DNA of 42,136 nt from Candidatus Micrarchaeota archaeon CG1_02_49_24 (GCA_001871535.1 MNVF01000048.1:1-42136), one strand, 5' to 3'. Counted from the stretch's first letter, positions 17,404 to 25,401 are shown. The notes: a model not told the origin generated them from the letters alone. Numbers and translations are program-made.

Positions 17404-18756
17404 CTAATCATCACGTAAATGATAATAAAGTTCTTCCAGCTGTTTAACTGTATTAACTAACTGTTTTTTACAAAATTCAGGATTTTTCCAATCAATTTTC
17501 TTATTTGTGTATCTCTTGTTCCATTCAAATCCGATCTGTATTTGATTTACTTCCGCCCCATATTGTTTTGCGGTATCAATAAAATCCTGTATCGTCTTAA
17601 ACTCTAATTTAATTTTTTTATCGCTTTTTTTAAATTGAAGGGCAGGTTTCCAGTTATCTTCTGGAGTTTTATGACGATCTAGACGAAATTCCAGATTACA
17701 ACGGGTTGCAAATGGACCTAACTGCCCACCTTTTAGGGACTTGTAATCCTGTATCGCCATGTAGACGGTTCGCCCATAGTTCTTCTGCCCCGTAGTTTTT
17801 TTGTTCCATGATGCAATCTTAGTTATTCTTGGCCAAATTTCTTTCGATCTTAATTTTTTATTCGGGTCATGCAAAGTTAAAACAACTTTGAATTCATCTA
17901 AATTTACATTTGTAGTAAAATGAAGGTTCTTACTCTTCTCTTTACCCAGTTTACCAAAGTAAGATTTTACCCACGAATCATTTTTCTTCTCTCTTTCTTT
18001 TCCTTTTTCACCTGACGTCTGCATCTCCAGTTTTTCGCCTTTTTGACTTTTTATAGCTGCAAAGTTTATCAGACATCGAACGTCGTGATTAAAGCTAGAT
18101 TGGTCATTGCCATAAAATCCATAGAAGTCATCTGTCAATCTCATCACCCTCAGACAATCTAGGTATTGTTCTATCAGAAATTTTTCGATTTTTACTTGAG
18201 ATTTTTTTTCAGCATCAGAAAGCACGCCATAGAGTTCATCCCAGTCTATTGTGTGCCATATCTCACGCTTGCGTTTCATCAGCCTGAAACCGCCCTCCTC
18301 TATCTTCTTAGCATATTTTTTTAGCTGAACTGGGTCTTTTTTGCTATCTGTCTTTGCTTCCAAGAATAGTATTACGTCGTTATATTCTATCATAGCATCT
18401 ATAATTATCTTGTCTCCTCCGCGTCCAGGTTTTTTTTCATTTGGCGTAGTACTCTTTGATAGAAACAGCAAGTATGCGTCCTTTTTTGGAAGTGTTTTTA
18501 GTTCTTTGTCGCTGATTTGGGAGGATACTCGTATTATTTCACTTAAATCTTTCTTACTTATTTTAATCTTAGTTGAGATGAATTTTGTAAACGCATCCCT
18601 AGTTCTTAGACACTCAGGTGAGCGAATAAAAAAAAGAAGGTCTTTCGTGACGTTATTCTCTACGTTCTTCAATTCTCCGTCCTCTTTTTGACGTTGGTGC
18701 CAAAAGAGGTTCTCCCATTTTTCGTCTCCCACGCTTATCCCTTGTTCTGGCAACAT
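17404..18756 (-). CDS. Large hypothetical protein with RecB/Cas4-like PD-(D/E)xK signature; first gene of the operon
   Basis: IIDAMIEYNDVILFLEAKTDSKKDPVQLKKY gives D...E-A-K...Q-x-x-x-Y. The ~300-aa C-terminal region is unassigned. ATG 18756 is preferred over the TTG at 18774 used by the track. A/T-rich. Confidence 0.5.
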   Translation of the reverse strand: MLPEQGISVGDEKWENLFWHQRQKEDGELKNVENNVTKDLLFFIRSPECLRTRDAFTKFISTKIKISKKDLSEIIRVSSQISDKELKTLPKKDAYLLFLSKSTTPNEKKPGRGGDKIIIDAMIEYNDVILFLEAKTDSKKDPVQLKKYAKKIEEGGFRLMKRKREIWHTIDWDELYGVLSDAEKKSQVKIEKFLIEQYLDCLRVMRLTDDFYGFYGNDQSSFNHDVRCLINFAAIKSQKGEKLEMQTSGEKGKEREKKNDSWVKSYFGKLGKEKSKNLHFTTNVNLDEFKVVLTLHDPNKKLRSKEIWPRITKIASWNKKTTGQKNYGRTVYMAIQDYKSLKGGQLGPFATRCNLEFRLDRHKTPEDNWKPALQFKKSDKKIKLEFKTIQDFIDTAKQYGAEVNQIQIGFEWNKRYTNKKIDWKNPEFCKKQLVNTVKQLEELYYHLRDD

Positions 18757-18838
18757 ATAAATGTGTTGTGTCAAGATAGTTATTTGATAGTTAAGGAATA
18801 AACTATACTGTTAAGGATGTAGGTGTTATGGTGGTTGC

Positions 18839-19363
18839 ATGTGCGAGCCGATAGGCGAAATTGCAGAGGTGTTTGAGAAATTGTGCGCGAAGTATAAGGC
18901 GGGTGTTGGCTTTGATGAGGAGACGGCAAACCGGATTGCCAGCGAAGTTGACCCGAGATTTGTGCTAAAGGTGGTTCAAATCGAAAAGGGACAGATAGGC
19001 GATGAGAAGTGCAAATCAGAGCTCCTTGAGAGGGCACGGAAGCTGCGGGAAGAAATAAAGGATAAGCAGTATGTTGGCACCTACCTGTTCCTGCCGCTTT
19101 CACGGGAGGAAGTTGTTAAATCACATAGGGAAAAGGGCGCCATAAGCAATTTTATCAACCATGTTTTATCATCAGTCGGCTTGTGCGCGGGAAGGGGCAG
19201 ATGCATTGGGAATTTTTATGGTTCTGACAAGGGCAAAAGAATATACGTGATGTTTGCCTACTGTGATGAGGCGCTTTACAGGCAAATCGTGAGCCATCGA
19301 AGGGAAGAAACTTGCTTGTTTGTGAAAACTGCGGGAAGCGCAAAGACAGGTGATGGGAAATGA
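18839..19363 (+). CDS. Hypothetical protein (174 aa), first gene of a three-gene operon
   Basis: ORF with 4-nt overlap to the next gene. No recognisable motif. Confidence 0.5.
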   Translation: MCEPIGEIAEVFEKLCAKYKAGVGFDEETANRIASEVDPRFVLKVVQIEKGQIGDEKCKSELLERARKLREEIKDKQYVGTYLFLPLSREEVVKSHREKGAISNFINHVLSSVGLCAGRGRCIGNFYGSDKGKRIYVMFAYCDEALYRQIVSHRREETCLFVKTAGSAKTGDGK

Positions 19364-19635
19364 ATAAGGAATCTGACCCGTTTACAAGGCTGGCAGAGGG
19401 AAACAACAACAGGTGCTATGACGTGAAAGGGACGGTGGAGCTTGCGGATGACGGGTACGTTGAAGTGAATCTCACGGCTGAGGATGGCTCAGGGCAGATT
19501 CTTCATCTCCACAGATATACCGATGGAACTGGAAAAGGCAAGGTCATTGGCTGGGACTGCTGGGTGTTTGAAAACAAAGGAAATGTGCGCCGGCATCATT
19601 GCATGTCTGAGAAAAACAAGAAGGTGGGAAAATGA
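19360..19635 (+). CDS. Hypothetical protein (91 aa)
   Basis: ATGA overlaps at both ends (19360-19363 and 19632-19635). No motif recognised. Confidence 0.5.
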   Translation: MNKESDPFTRLAEGNNNRCYDVKGTVELADDGYVEVNLTAEDGSGQILHLHRYTDGTGKGKVIGWDCWVFENKGNVRRHHCMSEKNKKVGK

Positions 19636-20093
19636 ATTTGGGTGAAGCATTGCTGGAACTTAAGGGCATGAAGTCTGAGCTCGTGCGGCTCATGGAGGCG
19701 AGGGAAACCACGTTTGCCTATTCGGAGGAGCCGCCGGTTGAGAAAACAACCGGGCTTTCAGGGCAGATTGCCATCCTGGTGCAGGAGATAAGGAAGCTGA
19801 AGATGAGGGTGGAGCGCACCAACCATTCTTCCTTCATTGATACACCTGAAGGGAAGATGGCGATTGCCGAGGCAATAATCAGCATTGGGGACATGCGCTC
19901 AGAGCTTGCCTCGCTGGAAAAGCTGCGAGATAAGTTCCGCGAGGAGCGGGATTCCTGGCACGAGCAGAAGCCGAAGAAATTCCAGGCAGGGCAAAAGGAA
20001 TTGCTGGCGCAGATTAGGGAGCTTGAGAAACAGAAAGTGAGGATGGACTCCTTCCTTTCAAGCTGGAACTGGAAGGTGGAGCTTAAAGACTGA
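19632..20093 (+). CDS. DIP1984-like (so-called septicolysin-like) helical protein
   Basis: ~150 aa. LGEALLELKGMKSEL.., central ..RVERTNHSS..G.MAIAEAI..GDMRSEL and C-terminal ..WNWKVEL match my recollection of that family's pattern (L-x-EAL.., R-x-N, NW-x-x-x-L). Not verified by search. Confidence 0.45.
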   Translation: MNLGEALLELKGMKSELVRLMEARETTFAYSEEPPVEKTTGLSGQIAILVQEIRKLKMRVERTNHSSFIDTPEGKMAIAEAIISIGDMRSELASLEKLRDKFREERDSWHEQKPKKFQAGQKELLAQIRELEKQKVRMDSFLSSWNWKVELKD

Positions 20094-20116
20094 CGCTCGT
20101 GCGCTATGTGCGCGGG

Positions 20117-20254
20117 GGCGGAAAGGCAGGGGAGGGGCGGCGGAAACGCCGCCCATCCCTCGTCGGATACAAATGGGCCGGGATTTGGATTATGATAAAC
20201 GCTTATGCGCTTGTTGCTTGTGGCTCAGCGCTTGTATCCCCTCGCCTTTCCGCC
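20117..20254 (+). ncRNA. GC-rich structured element (candidate ncRNA or complex terminator)
   Basis: Long-range pairing of ggcggaaaggcagggga (20117-20133) with tcccctcgcctttccgcc (20237-20254). Internal GNRA-capped hairpin ggggcggcg-gaaa-cgccgccc (20134-20154). Lies between two operons. The track ORF 20099-20299 is implausible. Confidence 0.3.
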
Positions 20255-20308
20255 AATAATATCAATCGCATCAAAAAGTATAACTTTATAATATTATAGT
20301 TATATAAT

Positions 20309-21265
20309 ATGATACGATTAGATTTTAACAAACAAGAGATGGGCGTTATGAAATTCAACAAGCGGGAGATGGAAGTCCTTGATTTCGCGGCAGGAAAAAG
20401 GGCCAACCTGACGCACCTGGCGCAAGCGCTGGGGATGAAAAAATCAAATCTGACAATTTATGTGAAAAAACTCAACAGATACCAGCTTGTTGTTTTAACC
20501 AAAAGCGGGCGAAACAAGGAACTGGCATTGGGCAACGGGAATCTGGCCGGTTTTGCTGCGCTGAAGCCGGGTTTTCCTACGCTCAAGCTGAGCGATATTC
20601 TAGCTGGGAAAGCCCCATTTCTGCTTAGTTTCATGAAAGATAAGCAGCTTTTGAGAATAAGCGAGCTTGATATCCCTGCAATAACTGCCAAACGGCTGCT
20701 TGGGAAGCTCAGGAACCTTGGGCTGGTGTCAATGCCCCGAAAAGGCATGTATCGGCTTAGGGGCGAAGCCGGGATAGTCGGGGATTTTTGCAGGAATATG
20801 CTTGTGCAGGCATATTTTGCCGAAGCTTCCGATGAGCTCGGGCAACTTGAATACGGTGTATATTCATTTGACAGTGCAAAAGAGCTTGGGGCTGTTTTCG
20901 CAACTCTGAGAGAGTTTCGCCCAAAGAATTATTGGCCTACTGCGTACACCATAGCGCACCAATATGGCCTGGGGCTAATCCAGGCGGGAAGGCACTATTA
21001 CGCAAACGCCAAGCCGGATTTAGGAGACGTGATAATCCACACACTATCCATTTCAAAGGATGCCAGGGGCATCAACTATGCCGCATTCCTGGTTCTCAAA
21101 AATAAGTACAACCCGCGCCTCCTGCTCAAAAAGAGGCATACATTTGGGCTGGGCAGGAAGTATCTAACCAATTTCGTTGAATTTATAGAAACCAGGGGTG
21201 AAAAGCCATTCGGCGGCCTTGGATCCCTGAAAGAAGCAGAGGAGATGTTTAATGGAAAGCTTTGA
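20309..21265 (+). CDS. wHTH DNA-binding protein, partner of the downstream nucleotidyltransferase
   Basis: MKFNKREMEVLDFAAGKRANLTHLAQALGMKKSNLTIYVKKLNRYQLV is a wHTH. Same layout as 644-1519. Alternative start at ATG 20348. A/T-rich TATA-like run at 20275-20305 upstream. Confidence 0.6.
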   Translation: MIRLDFNKQEMGVMKFNKREMEVLDFAAGKRANLTHLAQALGMKKSNLTIYVKKLNRYQLVVLTKSGRNKELALGNGNLAGFAALKPGFPTLKLSDILAGKAPFLLSFMKDKQLLRISELDIPAITAKRLLGKLRNLGLVSMPRKGMYRLRGEAGIVGDFCRNMLVQAYFAEASDELGQLEYGVYSFDSAKELGAVFATLREFRPKNYWPTAYTIAHQYGLGLIQAGRHYYANAKPDLGDVIIHTLSISKDARGINYAAFLVLKNKYNPRLLLKKRHTFGLGRKYLTNFVEFIETRGEKPFGGLGSLKEAEEMFNGKL

Positions 21266-21881
21266 CGCTGGCTATATTGGCAATGAACTTCAGTTCATAG
21301 GCTCCAGGGTCAAAAAACCAGTCAGCATTTACCTGATAGGCGGCTGCGCCATGGCCTTCAGGGGGCTGAAGGAGGTTACCAAGGACATAGACATAGTGTT
21401 CAGGGATAAGGGCGACTGCGAGGCCTTCTGCGATGCGCTGTTTGGCGCACAATACTTTGAGCCAATCGTCATAACAAGTGAGCATAAGGGCCTGGAAACT
21501 ATCAAGATATACGAAAACAAGGACAAATTCCATCTGGATTTATTCGTAAAGCGGGTTTGCGGAAAGATGGTGCTTTCCGAGCGGATGGTAAAAAGGGCGG
21601 AGCTTTACAAAAAATACGGGAATTTAGGCGTTTACCTTTTGGCTAAGGAGGACGTCTTCCTTTTCAAGAGCTTGGCAAGCGAGGCAAGGAAACGGGACCT
21701 CGGGGACATGCGGGTTATTTACCCGAACCTTGACTGGGGAGTTATAAAAGAAGAACTTTCTTCGCAAGAGCTGTCCAGGAACCTTATCGCGCTGGTCGTC
21801 CGGCGCCTTGAGGAATTCAGGTCAGTTTACGATTTGGGCGTGCCGATTCTCAATGCCTTGAAGAAAATGGCAGGTGATTAG
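21252..21881 (+). CDS. Minimal nucleotidyltransferase-fold protein (AbiEii/DUF6036-like)
   Basis: IYLIGGCAMAFRGLKEVTKDIDIVF. 14-nt overlap with the upstream wHTH gene. Paralog of 1521-2264. Confidence 0.6.
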   Translation: MESFDAGYIGNELQFIGSRVKKPVSIYLIGGCAMAFRGLKEVTKDIDIVFRDKGDCEAFCDALFGAQYFEPIVITSEHKGLETIKIYENKDKFHLDLFVKRVCGKMVLSERMVKRAELYKKYGNLGVYLLAKEDVFLFKSLASEARKRDLGDMRVIYPNLDWGVIKEELSSQELSRNLIALVVRRLEEFRSVYDLGVPILNALKKMAGD

Positions 21882-21921
21882 CATTGTACGAAAGATACAG
21901 AAAATATCAGAGGTTGAGAAA

Positions 21922-22617
21922 ATGATTAAGGCAATCCTATTCGATTTGGACAATACCCTGATTGACTTCTCAGGCTTCAAGCGGGAGAGCGCGCTTGCTG
22001 CAGCCAGTGCCATGAGAAAGGCAGGCGTGCATCTTTCCGGGCATTCGCTTTACGGGCGCATTTACGAAGTCTATAATGAGAAGGGGATTGAGTACCAGCG
22101 CACGTTTGGGGATGTGCTCTACGGATTGGATTTGGACCCACATACGCGCGAGCGTGCACGGCAGGCGGCAATTATTGCCTATACCAAGAAGAAATATGAG
22201 TGCCTGAAGCCACGGCCAAAGGCCATGCAGCTGCTAACATCCCTCAGGGCGAAATACACGCTGGCCATTGTCACGGATGCGCCCAGGGACAAGGCATGGC
22301 AGCGGCTCATTCTCTCAGGGCTGGACGGGTTTTTCTATCCTGTTGTGACTTTCAACGATACGGGCGAGGAGAAGCCTGCGGTTGCGCCGTTCAGGAGGGC
22401 GCTTTCCATCTTGAAAGTGAAACCTGTGGATGCGCTATTCGTAGGTGACAATCCGGAAAGGGACATTATCGGCGCGAAAAAGATTGGGATGAAAACCTGC
22501 CTTGCGAAATACGGCTGCCAGGATTACCACGAAGAGATGGATGTGGCGGATTACAGGATTGGGAAGTTTGAGGAACTGAAAGAGGTTATTGAAAGATTGA
22601 AAGCCAGTGAGCAATAA
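21922..22617 (+). CDS. HAD-superfamily hydrolase
   Basis: MIKAILFDLDNTLIDF (DxDxT motif I), IVTDAP (motif II) and GDNPERDIIGAKKIGMKT (motif IV). ATG 21922 is preferred over the track start at 21874. Confidence 0.85.
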   Translation: MIKAILFDLDNTLIDFSGFKRESALAAASAMRKAGVHLSGHSLYGRIYEVYNEKGIEYQRTFGDVLYGLDLDPHTRERARQAAIIAYTKKKYECLKPRPKAMQLLTSLRAKYTLAIVTDAPRDKAWQRLILSGLDGFFYPVVTFNDTGEEKPAVAPFRRALSILKVKPVDALFVGDNPERDIIGAKKIGMKTCLAKYGCQDYHEEMDVADYRIGKFEELKEVIERLKASEQ

Positions 22618-22675
22618 CCCAACGCATACATGCACATTTAAATAGGTGAATACACATAGATACACTGGTGATTAT

Positions 22676-22900
22676 ATGGTGAACGTAACTATCTCAATAA
22701 CAACGGACATCAAGGAGATGATTGACAGGCATCCTGAGATTAACTGGTCCGAGGTTGCCCGTCAGGCCTGGAAAGAGAAAGCGCAACAGCTTGAGCTTTT
22801 GAATAAATTAACTATCGGAAGCAAAGCCAGCGACAAGGATGTGGATGAGCTGGCAAAATTGCTGAAAAAAGGGATTGCTGAATGGCATGAGAGAAGATAG
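22676..22900 (+). CDS. vapB: Antitoxin-like small protein upstream of the PIN gene
   Basis: 74 aa. MVNVTISITTDIKEMIDRH.. has an N-terminal beta-strand/helix pattern typical of archaeal VapB-type partners. Its stop is 2 nt before the PIN ATG. Confidence 0.5.
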   Translation: MVNVTISITTDIKEMIDRHPEINWSEVARQAWKEKAQQLELLNKLTIGSKASDKDVDELAKLLKKGIAEWHERR

Positions 22901-22902
22901 AT

Positions 22903-23328
22903 ATGGAACTCGTGGCAGATACCAACATTGTCGCAGCCGCTATCTTACGTGATGGGCTGACAAGAAGCCTGCTTTTCCGTTCAGATATCCAGGCATACTC
23001 TCCAGCGCATCTTTTGGATGAACTGGAAAAATACAAACCAGAGTTTATGGAAAAATCCGGGCTGAGCCCAGATTCTTATGACGATGCCGTTAAATTGGTG
23101 CTTAGAAATGTGTCTACTTCCCAGTTGGATAATTATGCCCAGTTTGAGCAAGAAGCGAAAAAAATATCACCTGACCCTGGCGATTGGCCGTTCTTTGCGC
23201 TTGCCCTGGCAAAAAATTGTGCAGTTTGGAGCAATGATAAAAAGCTGAAAAATCAGAAGCAGGTAACGGTTTATGATACAACAGAGTTGTATGGCATCCT
23301 GCCTAAACCGGAAAGGGGCACGTTATGA
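22903..23328 (+). CDS. vapC: PIN-domain ribonuclease (VapC-like toxin)
   Basis: MELVADTNIVAAAIL (N-terminal D-T-N), ..E.. and C-terminal DWPFFALALAKNCAVWSNDKKL acidic residues. 141 aa. Confidence 0.75.
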   Translation: MELVADTNIVAAAILRDGLTRSLLFRSDIQAYSPAHLLDELEKYKPEFMEKSGLSPDSYDDAVKLVLRNVSTSQLDNYAQFEQEAKKISPDPGDWPFFALALAKNCAVWSNDKKLKNQKQVTVYDTTELYGILPKPERGTL

Positions 23329-23600
23329 AAAAACATAAAGAGCACTGCGATTATCACGGCCAGTGCAAAAACAAGGCATATCGGGAAGTTTATCCGGTGC
23401 GAAATGGCAAATTCTACAGCGGATGGAACTATTTATGCAGGAAACATTTCGGGCAGGAGGTTAAGAAAGGGAAGAAATTTTTCTGGGCGCGCATGACAAA
23501 AGATGGTGAAGCGGCGCCGCTCATCCCTGTGAACAATACAGCAGTTAACTATAGCAAGGAGAAGTCTGTCAGCTTGGAAAGCGTGATGAAAAAGAAATAG
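23325..23600 (+). CDS. Small Cys/His-rich hypothetical protein
   Basis: HCDYHGQC...(24 aa)...CRKH suggests a possible Zn-binding site. ATGA overlap with the PIN gene. Confidence 0.45.
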   Translation: MKKHKEHCDYHGQCKNKAYREVYPVRNGKFYSGWNYLCRKHFGQEVKKGKKFFWARMTKDGEAAPLIPVNNTAVNYSKEKSVSLESVMKKK

Positions 23601-23624
23601 AAATGAAAGTATTTGGTGATTGAA

Positions 23625-24227
23625 ATGGTTATGGACATGTTAAAGATTGAATCGCCATTTATACGTCATGAAGTTGATGGTGATTACATAGTTTCTTCTG
23701 AGATAGCTGAAGGATATGAGTGGGTATTTAATGACAAAAATGTGCTGGCTATCGAGAAGCTTGATGGGACTAATGTAAGTATAATCATTGAAGATGGTGT
23801 AGTTAAAAGTGTGTGGAATAGAACAGAGCGCATCCCTTTCATAAACAAGGGCAAGGCGCATATCATAAGTGGAATTTTAGAGAGTTTCCAGCGTGGTTAT
23901 TTTGAACTTGCTGATGGCCAGTTCTTCGGGGAGCTGATAGGTAAAAAAGTTAATGGCAATCCATATAAAATTGATGGGCATTTATGGATTCCATTTGCTA
24001 CCTATGCACGAAATCATTTATCATACACTTCATGGGGTAAATATCCCAAGACTTTTGATGGAATTAGTGCATGGTTTGAGAAAGATTTGTTTAGTTTGTT
24101 TATAAGAAGACGGACACAGGAAATAGTTCCGCCGGAAGGGATAGTGTTTACACATCCTGACGGAAGGCTTGCAAAACTGCGCAGGGACATGTTTAGCTGG
24201 TATACTGAACCACGCCATAAAGAGTGA
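23625..24227 (+). CDS. ATP-dependent RNA ligase-like nucleotidyltransferase
   Basis: Motif I IEKLDGTN (KxDGxN), motif III FFGELIG, motif IV PEGIVF and motif V LAKLRRDMF. ATG 23625 is preferred over the TTG at 23613. Confidence 0.7.
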   Translation: MVMDMLKIESPFIRHEVDGDYIVSSEIAEGYEWVFNDKNVLAIEKLDGTNVSIIIEDGVVKSVWNRTERIPFINKGKAHIISGILESFQRGYFELADGQFFGELIGKKVNGNPYKIDGHLWIPFATYARNHLSYTSWGKYPKTFDGISAWFEKDLFSLFIRRRTQEIVPPEGIVFTHPDGRLAKLRRDMFSWYTEPRHKE

Positions 24228-24273
24228 TCGCAACGGCGCAGAATTGAAATATACAAATTTGTATTATAAAAAA

Positions 24274-25257
24274 ATGTATAATCCTGAAAGCTTTGATTTG
24301 GAATCGGAATTGAAATGGATTGGTGAAATGATGGAAAAGATAAACTCGACTAGTGCATATTACATCAAGCTAGGCAAAGGTGGAGAATTTGAGAAGGATT
24401 GTCTGAAGAATAATTATCTAAAACTCGGTTATTGTCAGGATGACCATGAACTATGTTTAAGTGGAAAATGGATGGAGATTATAGAACAACGGGAACTACG
24501 GACACCTGAGGTCAAACGTGGAGCTAAAAACCAGGTAAGACAGCTCAGAACTTTTTATGAAGCAGATGAACATACCCTTTGGATTACTTTTATGAATGAA
24601 AAATTGTACTGGTGTTTTGCTGAAAAAAAGATAGAAAAATTGCCAGGCAATTACAAAATCCGTAGACTTATTGGGAAATGGGCACATACAGATATATTTG
24701 GAAACGATCTGTTTGAGAATAAGCTAAGTGGAAACTTGACGCGGACAAAAGGATATCCACAAACTATCTGCCGCATCAATGATGCATATGACCAGCTAAT
24801 AAAGAAGATAAACGGTGAAAAAAACGAAGTCGCGGAAAAAGCAAACCTGAATAAAGCCGACTTGGAAACCCAAATCGGATGTCTGATTAAAAGTTTCCCT
24901 CCAAAGGATTTTGAGATACTGGTTGAATTGATTTTCAGTAGAGCAGGACTTCAAAAGATAAGTGAAACCGGCAAGACTCAAAAAAATATCGACATTCTTC
25001 TAGTTTCGCCAATTACTAACGAAACTTTTTCTGTACAGGTTAAATCCAGCGCGAATTATAGGGATTATGACGAATACAGACAGAAATTTGATGATTCCGG
25101 TTACAATCGATTCTTTTTCGTTGTTCATTCGCCAAAAAAAGAGTTGGAAGATAAGAAACTAGAACACAAATTAGAAGATGTATGGCTGACAAATGAGTTA
25201 ACGAAAATGGTAGTAAAGTACGGATTAGTTGATTGGGTTATTGACAAGGCGTGTTGA
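24274..25257 (+). CDS. Protein with C-terminal Mrr-like restriction endonuclease domain
   Basis: FEILVELIFSRAGLQKISETGKTQKNIDILLVSPITNETFSVQVKSS is an Mrr_cat-type D...Q-x-K core. The N-terminal ~200 aa are unassigned. ATG 24274 avoids overlap with the ligase gene. Confidence 0.6.
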   Translation: MYNPESFDLESELKWIGEMMEKINSTSAYYIKLGKGGEFEKDCLKNNYLKLGYCQDDHELCLSGKWMEIIEQRELRTPEVKRGAKNQVRQLRTFYEADEHTLWITFMNEKLYWCFAEKKIEKLPGNYKIRRLIGKWAHTDIFGNDLFENKLSGNLTRTKGYPQTICRINDAYDQLIKKINGEKNEVAEKANLNKADLETQIGCLIKSFPPKDFEILVELIFSRAGLQKISETGKTQKNIDILLVSPITNETFSVQVKSSANYRDYDEYRQKFDDSGYNRFFFVVHSPKKELEDKKLEHKLEDVWLTNELTKMVVKYGLVDWVIDKAC

Positions 25258-25314
25258 TTCCATGGTCTCTCTAACCTTTTACGGCGGCGCGAACGAAATC
25301 GGCGGCAATAAAAT
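25258..25314 (+). pseudogene. 57-nt duplicate of the RNase J gene 5' end (direct repeat with 26488-26544)
   Basis: ttccatggtctctctaaccttttacggcggcgcgaacgaaatcggcggcaataaaat is identical at both places. It encodes MVSLTFYGGANEIGGNKI and then breaks off. Confidence 0.9.
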
Positions 25315-25320
25315 TACAGC

Positions 25321-25401
25321 GAAGAGATGGATGTGGCGGATTTCAGGATTGGGAAATTCGAGAAATTGCTGGATGTAATGGAAAGGATTGGAGGGGATTA
25401 G
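25321..25401 (+). pseudogene. Diverged duplicate of the HAD hydrolase 3' end
   Basis: Encodes EEMDVADFRIGKFEKLLDVMERIGGD*, compared with the HAD C-terminus HEEMDVADYRIGKFEELKEVIERLKASEQ* (22530-22617). It directly abuts the RNase J 5' fragment. Confidence 0.8.

Noticed and set aside
20099-20406. Track ORFs 20099-20299 (+) and 20203-20406 (-)
   Set aside because: G/R-rich or promoter-derived translations of an intergenic region that is better explained by RNA-type secondary structure and A/T-rich promoter sequence.
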